Part shown: piece after piece, positions 47,840 to 54,795 of the stretch
Layout of the letters: each line of letters starts with the position of its first letter
How positions within the stretch are numbered: the first letter of the stretch is position 1
From: a virus
Virus record (IMG/VR): IMGVR_UViG_3300045988_094320
DNA: 54,795 nt
Strand: one strand, 5' to 3'
Position numbers and translations under genes: made by a program
Notes under the pieces: model-generated
Told to the model about the DNA's origin: nothing
What the model saw: the letters and a program-made list of their open reading frames with translations, nothing else
Database searches by the model: none

Positions 47840-48271
47840 ATGACAACGAAAGAATATTTGAATCAAATAGGAACATTGAATGATCTGATAAATGAAAAGC
47901 TGTTAGAATTATCACAGTACAAAATTAGACATATGAGCATATCTTCCGTTGAAAACAAAGAACGCGTTCAGACAAGCCCTAATTTTGATAAATATACTGA
48001 TATTGTGAATGAAATTATAGAAAAGGAAAAGGAAATCGATTACTTGACAGATAGATATGTCAACTTAAAAGAAAAAATAAAAATGCAAATAAGAATGCTG
48101 GATAATCCATCTTACAGAAAATTGCTTTTTGACAAATATATTTTTTTCAAAAGCGTACCTCAAATTGCTACAGAAAGAAATATAACAACAAGTGCAGTAA
48201 AAAAGGCACAAAAAACAGCAATCAAAGAATTTGAAAAAAAACATGGCACAATATATTGTATTTATAGTTGA
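47840..48271 (+). CDS. DUF1492 / sigma-70 region-4-like transcriptional regulator
   Basis: EYLNQIGTLNDLINEKLLEL...VQTSPNFDKYTDIVNEIIEKEKEID...LDNPSYRKLLFDKYIFFKSVPQIATERNITTSAVKKAQKTAIKEF. Confidence 0.65.
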   Translation: MTTKEYLNQIGTLNDLINEKLLELSQYKIRHMSISSVENKERVQTSPNFDKYTDIVNEIIEKEKEIDYLTDRYVNLKEKIKMQIRMLDNPSYRKLLFDKYIFFKSVPQIATERNITTSAVKKAQKTAIKEFEKKHGTIYCIYS

Positions 48272-48296
48272 CTTCCACCCCTATATGTGGTATTAT
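48268..48296 (+). promoter_or_regulatory. Near-consensus promoter inside the morphogenesis block
   Basis: TTGACT (48268-73), 17-nt spacer, TG-g-TATTAT (-10 at 48291-96). Confidence 0.65.
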
Positions 48297-48355
48297 GGCA
48301 ATGTGAAAAAGTATAAGTGTTTTCTCATATCCCCTCGTAACAAGTGTTTGAAAAG

Positions 48356-48381
48356 GCATCGCAGTAATGCGGTGCTTTTTT
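48356..48381 (+). terminator. Intrinsic terminator about 60 nt downstream of the 48268 promoter
   Basis: GCATCGCA-gtaa-TGCGGTGC (one G:T) followed by TTTTTT. Confidence 0.7.
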
Positions 48382-48394
48382 CATGGAGAATTTT

Positions 48395-48586
48395 ATGAAA
48401 GAAAAGAAGATATATTGTCCTAAATGCGGTCGCAAAGTGGCTACATACGATGGACGATCCCAAATAGATATCGTTGTGAAATGTAAAAAATGCAACAAAA
48501 AAATCGTGTACAGGGTTGCGACAGGAGATATTGAAGTAAAGCCGTTACCAGTAAGACAGACAACAAGCGGAATGACGTTTATCTGA
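48395..48586 (+). CDS. Com-like zinc-ribbon protein
   Basis: 63 aa from ATG 48395 (RBS GGAGA). IYCPKCGRKVA...VVKCKKCNKKIVY resembles Mu Com-type regulators. Confidence 0.5.
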   Translation: MKEKKIYCPKCGRKVATYDGRSQIDIVVKCKKCNKKIVYRVATGDIEVKPLPVRQTTSGMTFI

Positions 48587-48599
48587 TGCAGAGGTGTGT

Positions 48600-50042
48600 A
48601 TGAACAGAAGATTTTTACAGGACATCGTAAAAGGATGTTACGGTAGAAAAATTGCATATACGAATGTTGAGCAGATAACAGAAGCTAATGTCGTACAAGT
48701 AATCGGAAACTGCATCGGTGCATTTTATTACAACAAAACAGTAATAAAATATCTATGGGACTACTACAAGGGAGATCAACCGATTCTGTATAGACAAAAG
48801 GTAACAAACGAAGATATCACAAACAGAATCGTGGAAAATCATGCCTACGAAATTGTTCAGTTCAAAGTGGGTCAGACATACGGAGAGCCGATACAATTCA
48901 TTAGCCGAAAGGATGATAAAGTAATCAACAAGGCTGTGGATATGCTCAATGATTTTATGGCAGATGCTAATAAACAAGAAAAGGATATCAAAGCTGGCGA
49001 ATGGCAATCTGCAACTGGTACATCATTCAAGGCAATACAGCCGTTCATAGGGGAAGTACCGTTGAGAATTGTGGCACCTACTCCAATGAACACTTTTGCA
49101 ATTTATCAAGAGGGAACAGAAGAAGCTCTTTTAGTAGTTCAAGAGTTGAAAGATGAAAACGGTAAAATGTATAAACTGGCGTTTTCTGATACAAAATCTT
49201 TCAAAATAGTTGATGGAAAACTGGAATACTCAAAATTGCATACATATGGCGCGATTCCGATTGTTGAATTTCCGAACAATCACGAAAGGATATCGGATAT
49301 CGAACTTGTTATTGGAATGCTGGATGCAATCAATAATATGCAGTCTAATCGAATGGACGGAGTAGAGCAGTTTGTACAATACTGGATCAAATTTATAAAT
49401 TGCGACATAGATCAAGAAGAATTTGAAAAAATGAAAGAAAGCCATGCGCTTACTGTAAAATCAAATAATTCTGATAATAAGTCCGATGTGGATATTATGA
49501 CGCAGGAACTGGATCAAACACAGTGCCAAGTGGCTAAAGACGACTTATGGAATAATACGTTGTCAATTTTGGCAATTCCAAATAAACAGGGAAACACCGG
49601 CGGAGATACACAGGGAGCCGTCGAACTTCGTAATGGATGGGATTTTTCAAAGACAAGAGCAAAATTGAAAGACCCTATTGTAAAATCGGCAGAAAAGAAG
49701 CTGGCATATGTTGCATTGAATGTCCTGAAAATTGCAGGAATTGATCTGAAATTATCTATAAGAGATTTTAATGTCCAGATCAATCACAGTCCGCAAGATA
49801 ATATGTACACTAAGGCACAGACGCTTACAGTATTGTTGCAAGCCGGCATACATCCTCTTATTGCCATAACTACTGTTGGTCTTTGGGGAGACGCGGAAAA
49901 GACATTTAACTTATCAAAACCGTATCTCGAAAATCTATATAAGACTATTGATGATGCAGAAGCGCAGCAGGAAAAGGCAAAAGAAATCGTAAATCAAATG
50001 AATAAACAGCAGAAAAAGCAGTTACCGAGTAATAATCGGTAG
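48600..50042 (+). CDS. Portal protein (SPP1 gp6-like)
   Basis: 480 aa from ATG 48600. YLWDYYKGDQPILYRQK...NRIVENHAYEIVQFKVGQTYGEPIQF is the typical portal N-terminal signature. Confidence 0.9.
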   Translation: MNRRFLQDIVKGCYGRKIAYTNVEQITEANVVQVIGNCIGAFYYNKTVIKYLWDYYKGDQPILYRQKVTNEDITNRIVENHAYEIVQFKVGQTYGEPIQFISRKDDKVINKAVDMLNDFMADANKQEKDIKAGEWQSATGTSFKAIQPFIGEVPLRIVAPTPMNTFAIYQEGTEEALLVVQELKDENGKMYKLAFSDTKSFKIVDGKLEYSKLHTYGAIPIVEFPNNHERISDIELVIGMLDAINNMQSNRMDGVEQFVQYWIKFINCDIDQEEFEKMKESHALTVKSNNSDNKSDVDIMTQELDQTQCQVAKDDLWNNTLSILAIPNKQGNTGGDTQGAVELRNGWDFSKTRAKLKDPIVKSAEKKLAYVALNVLKIAGIDLKLSIRDFNVQINHSPQDNMYTKAQTLTVLLQAGIHPLIAITTVGLWGDAEKTFNLSKPYLENLYKTIDDAEAQQEKAKEIVNQMNKQQKKQLPSNNR

Positions 50043-50050
50043 CTGTTTTT
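50019..50050 (+). terminator. Terminator-like hairpin overlapping the portal stop codon
   Basis: CAGTTACCGA-7 nt-TCGGTAGCTG (one G:T) followed by TTTTTATTTT. Confidence 0.5.
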
Positions 50051-50138
50051 ATTTTATAAAATTTGCACCTATGCGTGAAATAGGAGAACTCGGCAGGAGC
50101 AACCTGCGACAACAAAAGCGTGAGTAACGGAGGTAATC

Positions 50139-50717
50139 ATGACAAGAGAACAGGCAAAACAGAACCTTATTTCAATCGGAGTGGCAGAGCCTACAGATGA
50201 GCAAATCACAAACTATCTGAATCAGGTAAACGACGAAACGCAGAAAGAAAAAGACAGGGCAGATGGCTACAAGGCTAAAGCTGACACGGCAGATGGTTTA
50301 CAGAAACAGCTTGACGAATTGCAGGCTGGAAATCTGACAGAGCTTGAAAAGGCAAATAAGGCATTAGACACAGCTAATCAGCAGATCGCAGAATTGCAGA
50401 AAAATAATGCTATTAGAGATTTACGTGAAAAGGCTATGACCGATTTCAAAGTAACAGCAGAACAGGCAAAAACGATTGTCAAAGACGATGGGAGCTTTGA
50501 TACGGCTGCTCTTGGAAAAATTATGTCCGAAAAAGAAACCGCCGCAGCACAGGCGAAAGAACAAGAAATCGCTGGTAAACAGGATATTCCGGGCGGTGGT
50601 AGCACAGGCGGCGGAAAAGATAAAACAGAAGCGGAAAAAACCGCAGAAGCAATCGGAAAAACACTGGCTGGAACAAATGAAGCAGCCAAAGCGATTGTAG
50701 ATGGATATTTAAAGTAG
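50139..50717 (+). CDS. Scaffolding protein
   Basis: 192 aa, highly charged coiled coil, lying between the portal and capsid genes. Confidence 0.7.
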   Translation: MTREQAKQNLISIGVAEPTDEQITNYLNQVNDETQKEKDRADGYKAKADTADGLQKQLDELQAGNLTELEKANKALDTANQQIAELQKNNAIRDLREKAMTDFKVTAEQAKTIVKDDGSFDTAALGKIMSEKETAAAQAKEQEIAGKQDIPGGGSTGGGKDKTEAEKTAEAIGKTLAGTNEAAKAIVDGYLK

Positions 50718-50727
50718 GAGGTTAATC

Positions 50728-51090
50728 ATGAAAGTACAGAACAAAATTGTTACAACCCAAAAAGAAATCTTGAAAAGAAAGCTGGGTGGAGAGCTGTTTG
50801 AGGAAATCACTCTTGATGCAAGTGCTTTTACTGACGGTGTTTGCAAAGCAGGTAGTCCGATTGCAGCAGACGGAAAATTCGTAAACGGAAGAACAACAGA
50901 GGGTGATAGCGTTTCGGCTAACGATGCCGCACCGGTTGGTATTTTACTTACAGATGTATATGAAGAAAACCCTAACGGAACAATCGTTAAGGCATTTGCT
51001 TGTGTAAACACCGCAAATGCTAACGCAAATGCAGGTATCACAATCGCCGATGCAGTAAAGACTGCATTATCGTTGATTGTTTTTGAATAA
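50728..51090 (+). CDS. Head decoration-like protein
   Basis: 120 aa directly upstream of an E-type major capsid gene, in the position of lambda gpD. Assigned by synteny. Confidence 0.5.
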   Translation: MKVQNKIVTTQKEILKRKLGGELFEEITLDASAFTDGVCKAGSPIAADGKFVNGRTTEGDSVSANDAAPVGILLTDVYEENPNGTIVKAFACVNTANANANAGITIADAVKTALSLIVFE

Positions 51091-51159
51091 TTAGTAACCG
51101 GCTATTGATTAGAGATAGTTGCTAACCGCAGATAGATAGCGGTAGAAAGTGAGGAAATA

Positions 51160-52227
51160 ATGAATATTAGAGATGTATATAGCGCTAAAAACATTGCGTT
51201 AGTACAGACGCAAGTTGCAAGTAATAAGATTGCATATCTCGGCGCTGGATTGTTTCCAGCGAAAAAGAAAATGGGACTTGATCTGAAATGGATCAAAACC
51301 TCAAAAGGTTTGCCTGTTTCTCTTGCACCATCAAATTTTGATGCAGTATCGACATTAAGAAGCCGTGAAGGATTCCAGCTGACTGAAACAGAAATGGCAT
51401 TTTTCCGTGAATCAATGCTTATAAAAGAATCAGACGAGCAGGAAATCATGCGCGCGCAGGACAGCACAGATCCGTATGCAACGGAAGTCTTAAGCAGAAT
51501 TTTTGATGATGCCAATACGCTGGTTGATGGCGCAAATGTTGTACCAGAAAGAATGATTATGCAGTTACTGGCTCCAGCAGACGGAAATCCAAAGATTTCT
51601 ATTCAGGCAAACGGTGCAACATATGCATACAACTACGATCCGCAAAACACATACAAACAAAACAATTTTGCTTCAATTTCAACTAGCACTGATAAGTGGA
51701 GCGATACAACAAATTCTGAACCTATGGCAGACGTTCAAAAAGGATTAGATGCCGTAGAAGCAGCAACAGGCGAAAGACCCACAATCATGATCGTGTCTCG
51801 TAAGACAATGGACTACTTAAAGCAGAATGCAAAGATCAAGTCAGCAATTCTTGCGCAGAACACAACCGCAAACATCTTCATGAATGATAACCGTGTCAAA
51901 GAGGTATTCTCAAACGAGCTGGGCATCAGAATTATTGTATATGCAAAACAGTACAAAAAAGAAGATGGAACGGTCGAGAAATTCTATCCGGATGGATTTG
52001 CTACGCTTATCCCAAGTGGCGCTCTTGGTAATACATGGTACGGTACCACACCGGAAGAGAGGACACTGATGGGTAAATCTACAGCAGATGTATCCATCGT
52101 TAATACAGGTGTTGCGGTAGCAGTTACAGTATCAGAAGATCCAGTACAGACAAAAACTACTGTATCAGAAATCGTTCTGCCATCCTATGAAAGAATGGAT
52201 AGCACATATGTAATCAAGTGCTACTAG
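51160..52227 (+). CDS. Major capsid protein (lambda gpE-like family)
   Basis: 355 aa. The N-terminus IRDVYSAKNIALVQTQVASNKIAYLGAGLFPAKKKMGLDLKWIK and the overall pattern fit the capsid protein E family. Confidence 0.85.
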   Translation: MNIRDVYSAKNIALVQTQVASNKIAYLGAGLFPAKKKMGLDLKWIKTSKGLPVSLAPSNFDAVSTLRSREGFQLTETEMAFFRESMLIKESDEQEIMRAQDSTDPYATEVLSRIFDDANTLVDGANVVPERMIMQLLAPADGNPKISIQANGATYAYNYDPQNTYKQNNFASISTSTDKWSDTTNSEPMADVQKGLDAVEAATGERPTIMIVSRKTMDYLKQNAKIKSAILAQNTTANIFMNDNRVKEVFSNELGIRIIVYAKQYKKEDGTVEKFYPDGFATLIPSGALGNTWYGTTPEERTLMGKSTADVSIVNTGVAVAVTVSEDPVQTKTTVSEIVLPSYERMDSTYVIKCY

Positions 52228-52231
52228 GAGG

Positions 52232-52486
52232 TTGCTTATGAAATACGACCATGCTGTTAAATATAACGGTACTTGGTATGCGCCTTTTGAAGAAATCAAT
52301 GAGGGAGTAGTTGATTCTACTCCCTCTGATAATTTCATGAATAAGCCGGTATATACCAAGACGGAAATAAACAGAATGAGCACAGCGGATCTGCAATCGC
52401 TAGCGAAATCAGAAGGTATCGAAGATGCAGAAGAAAAGACGGGTACAGAGTTAAAACAAATCTTAATCAACAGGTTTGCATCGTAG
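52232..52486 (+). CDS. Small protein with a Rho-N/SAP-like helix-extended-helix motif
   Basis: 84 aa, with MSTADLQSLAKSEGIEDAEEKTGTELKQILINRF. Confidence 0.45.
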   Translation: MLMKYDHAVKYNGTWYAPFEEINEGVVDSTPSDNFMNKPVYTKTEINRMSTADLQSLAKSEGIEDAEEKTGTELKQILINRFAS

Positions 52487-52495
52487 GTGGTAATC

Positions 52496-52876
52496 ATGGC
52501 AGAATACAGCATTTTGGAGCAGGTTAAAATCCGGCTGAAACAATTTCATATTGAGACGGTTACAAATGAGGACGAAACTACTTCCGACGTTGTTGTATTT
52601 GACGAGCCGCAGAATAATCCACTGATTGAGCAGTTAATCAAACAGGCAAAGCAGGATATTGTGGCTATGCGGAACTATCCAAGCACATATACGTCAGATA
52701 GAATCGAGGATGACCTTAAAAACTACGAAGCAGTTATTGTGAATTTGGTTGTGTATGATATGTCGCAAGCTGGCGAGGAATTTATGTCAAGTTTCTCCGA
52801 AAACGGTGTAAGCCGTAATTGGAGAAACCGAAGTGAGCTGTTCGTTGGCGTATATCCGTTTGCCAAAGTCTTATAG
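52496..52876 (+). CDS. Head-tail connector (gp6-like)
   Basis: 126 aa from ATG 52496 (RBS AGGTGG). Position and size are typical. Confidence 0.6.
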   Translation: MAEYSILEQVKIRLKQFHIETVTNEDETTSDVVVFDEPQNNPLIEQLIKQAKQDIVAMRNYPSTYTSDRIEDDLKNYEAVIVNLVVYDMSQAGEEFMSSFSENGVSRNWRNRSELFVGVYPFAKVL

Positions 52877-52980
52877 AAGATTGTGCGTTACCGTGTTTGC
52901 TATGCGGATGCGGTAGCAGGCGGCACACTTTAAGGGCGGTGGGCGGTGTGCCAACAAAAAAGAAAGGCGGTATATGATTG

Positions 52981-53289
52981 ATGACTATTGAGGTATCAAC
53001 AGCAATCATTATAAGCGTGTTATCACTAGGTTTTTCCGTCTTTATGGGATTGAAAAGCAACAAGCGTACAGATACAAAAGATATTGAAGATCGCGTGAAA
53101 GAAAACACAAGAATCAATATGAAACTGGATGCAATATTAGATACCATCAACGAGATGAAAGATGAAAGGTCAGAAATGACAAAGAAATTGGCGGAACACG
53201 ATTCAAGGATAGCAAAAATCGAATCAAGTGCCGCTTCTGCTCATCACAGGCTAGATGGTATTGAAGAAAGATTAAACGGAAAGGAATGA
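52981..53289 (+). CDS. Membrane-anchored coiled-coil protein (XhlA-like / holin accessory?)
   Basis: 102 aa from ATG 52981. The N-terminal TM segment VSTAIIISVLSLGFSVFMGL is followed by a coiled coil. Confidence 0.45.
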   Translation: MTIEVSTAIIISVLSLGFSVFMGLKSNKRTDTKDIEDRVKENTRINMKLDAILDTINEMKDERSEMTKKLAEHDSRIAKIESSAASAHHRLDGIEERLNGKE

Positions 53290-53293
53290 TAGT

Positions 53294-53488
53294 ATGAGAG
53301 ATTGGAAACAGTGGGCTAAAGCCGCAGGAATTAGAGCAATTAAGACTATTGCGCAGGCAGCTATCGCAGGAATCGGAACAGCGGCAGCCATGGGAGCTGT
53401 AGACTGGAAATATGTTTTATCCGCGTCTGTGCTGGCTGGAGTATTGTCATTGCTTACTAGCGTAGCAGGGCTTCCAGAGGTAGAGTAA
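53294..53488 (+). CDS. Holin (phage r1t-holin-like)
   Basis: 64 aa. WAKAAGIRAIKTIAQAAIAGIGTAAAMGAVDWKYVLSASVLAGVLSLLTSVAGLPE matches the r1t-type holin pattern, with two TM helices. Confidence 0.7.
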   Translation: MRDWKQWAKAAGIRAIKTIAQAAIAGIGTAAAMGAVDWKYVLSASVLAGVLSLLTSVAGLPEVE

Positions 53489-53976
53489 TGTCACTTGATA
53501 TCAACAAGCAGAAAATGACATATGCACTTCCGACAGGTCAACAGCCAAAATACGAACTGGATTCTGATGGAAATATAGCTTATGAGGGCTATATGGGAGA
53601 AGATGGTCTATTTGTTCCATATCTTGATGATGATGGAAACAAAATACCAAAACTGACAGGAGATACGATAGATACTTATTCGGCTCCTGTTATTTTTTAT
53701 TCTTCCATCAACAACAAGCTAAACGAAGTGCTTGCGAAGGAATTTGGTATTGACGATTCTACAAATTATGCACAGCTTGTCACTGATAAAGAAGAGTTTC
53801 CGCTGAAAGTCGGGGCTCTGATATGGAAAAAGTCAGAAGTTGTTTACACGGTTATCAATGGCGAACCTATGGTAGATGCTACGACCGCAGATTACATGGT
53901 CAAAGGCGTAGCAGACGAAGGATTGACAGTTGACCTGTATCTGCTACAAAAGAATGTTAAAAATGCGGAGCAGTAG
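53488..53976 (+). CDS. Head-tail joining protein, unknown family
   Basis: 162 aa track ORF with an ATGA overlap with the holin. Confidence 0.45.
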   Translation: MSLDINKQKMTYALPTGQQPKYELDSDGNIAYEGYMGEDGLFVPYLDDDGNKIPKLTGDTIDTYSAPVIFYSSINNKLNEVLAKEFGIDDSTNYAQLVTDKEEFPLKVGALIWKKSEVVYTVINGEPMVDATTADYMVKGVADEGLTVDLYLLQKNVKNAEQ

Positions 53977-53979
53977 GAT

Positions 53980-54513
53980 ATGGCAAAAAAAATCACTATA
54001 ACTCTATCACAGAAGTCCGTACAAGACGCTATAAGCCAAATTAAGGCATACCAAAATGACTTGACATATAAATGTCAGCTATTGGCTGAAAAGCTGGCAG
54101 AAAAAGGCGTAGAGATCGCAAGACTGCAATTAGCAGACCTTGATGCCATATTCACTACAGAACTGATTTCAAGTGTTCATGCGGAATACAAAGGAAGTGT
54201 AAAAGGCGGCGGTATATGGGCGGTAGTAGCTGGTACAGATCATGCAATGTTCGTAGAGTTTGGTACTGGCATTGTCGGTAAAAGATCGCCGTATCCCGGC
54301 AAATTGCCGGAAGGTGTTGACTGGCAGTATGCAAGCGGTAAGACAATCAGGCAGCTAGCAGATGGTCGGTATGGTTGGTTTTATCAAGACGATAACGGAG
54401 AGTGGTGGTTCACGGAAGGTATGCCAAGCAGACCATTTATGTACTACACGGCGCAGGAGCTTGAAAAAATCGTGGTTGAAACGGCAAAGGAGGTATTCAG
54501 TGGAAATCGATAA
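53980..54513 (+). CDS. HK97 gp10-like head-tail/tail component
   Basis: 177 aa, with AMFVEFGTG...PSRPFMYY. Confidence 0.6.
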   Translation: MAKKITITLSQKSVQDAISQIKAYQNDLTYKCQLLAEKLAEKGVEIARLQLADLDAIFTTELISSVHAEYKGSVKGGGIWAVVAGTDHAMFVEFGTGIVGKRSPYPGKLPEGVDWQYASGKTIRQLADGRYGWFYQDDNGEWWFTEGMPSRPFMYYTAQELEKIVVETAKEVFSGNR

Positions 54514-54795
54514 TTTATGGGTTTTTGACAATGAAACAAGGATAATCAGTAACCTTAACTCTTTTGCTATCCCTGTATTGAAGCAGAATTTTACAAACAT
54601 GAAATTCCAAAAGGGAATCACGATTACAAATTTGAAAAGCAGACTGGCAGGAACGATATTTCCGACCATATACGTGCACGAAATGAGCGGCACGGAAAAA
54701 GGGCAGACTATTGACGGTCAGGAAATCAATGCTGTAACAGCTACATATCAAGTAGATGTGATTGTCAACACACAGCAGTCAGACGCAAAAAAAAT
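54500..54795 (+). CDS. Tail-completion / head-tail joining protein, N-terminal part (continues at nt 100 after the circular junction, ending at 244)
   Basis: GTG 54500 lies 6 nt after AAGGAGG (54487-93). The frame stays open to the window end and is in phase with 2..244. Confidence 0.6.
   Translation, partial: MEIDNLWVFDNETRIISNLNSFAIPVLKQNFTNMKFQKGITITNLKSRLAGTIFPTIYVHEMSGTEKGQTIDGQEINAVTATYQVDVIVNTQQSDAKK
54697..54795. repeat. Terminal direct repeat, identical to 1..99
   Basis: Exact 99-nt identity with the window start. Confidence 0.95.

Noticed and set aside
1-54795. Searched for a reverse transcriptase (DGR or retron), transposase/IS elements, cas genes and rRNA
   Set aside because: No ORF shows YxDD-type RT motifs, DDE transposase motifs or cas signatures. 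No rRNA-like sequence was noticed.

Overview
The window is a complete, circularly closed genome of a temperate siphovirus-type phage. About 54,696 bp are unique, and nt 1-99 are identical to nt 54697-54795. Tight gene packing, GGAGG-type ribosome-binding sites and AT-rich codons suggest a low-GC Firmicute (Clostridia-like) host; this is inference. Everything here was read by eye from the sequence and ORF track. Domain names come from remembered family signatures, not from searches.

Gene order going round the circle:
- Immunity switch (13.7-14.5 kb): XRE repressor on the minus strand, a Cro-like gene, and operators.
- Early region (15-32 kb): Bro/KilAC antirepressor, a nonapeptide-repeat protein, a secreted lytic transglycosylase, a Rad50/SbcC-like ATPase, an MBL nuclease, HNH, GIY-YIG and NUMOD4-HNH endonucleases, YopX, an ASCH-like protein, a DNA methyltransferase, a replisome organizer with internal iterons, and a G39P-like loader.
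- Integration module (32.4-34.4 kb): a sigma-HTH/excisionase fusion, a tyrosine integrase, and an attP-like region with 11-bp arm repeats.
- Cargo cluster of compositionally odd proteins (34.4-37.9 kb).
- A 600-bp gene-free repeat/promoter region (37.85-38.45 kb).
- A leftward operon of tiny genes controlled by an RHH protein through six TAAGGCACAAA boxes (38.4-40.3 kb).
- An iteron, polypurine and AT-rich region, then a terminated leader RNA upstream of terS (40.3-41 kb).
- MazG, small zinc-ribbon proteins and a tRNA / tRNA-like cluster (42-46 kb).
- terL, a DUF1492 sigma-like regulator, a Com-like zinc ribbon, portal, scaffold, decoration-like protein, E-type major capsid, and head-tail genes with an embedded holin.
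- Across the circular junction: major tail, a -1 frameshifted chaperone pair, a GH25 endolysin, tape measure, a moron, and tail tip and fibre genes.

I found no CRISPR array, rRNA, transposase or reverse transcriptase.

The most unusual signals are:
- a bipartite double palindrome present three times, with one compensatory base change;
- a sib-like 19-nt inverted repeat bracketing int and attP;
- a tRNA-like gene with a 20-nt G-free anticodon loop;
- the gene-free repeat region at 37.85-38.45 kb;
- the RHH-boxed tiny-gene operon with a candidate antisense sRNA;
- a late operon interrupted by several intrinsic terminators and preceded by a lambda PR-prime-like terminated leader;
- lysis genes scattered inside the morphogenesis operon;
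- the post-attP cargo cluster, whose proteins look like spore-surface or cell-surface proteins.
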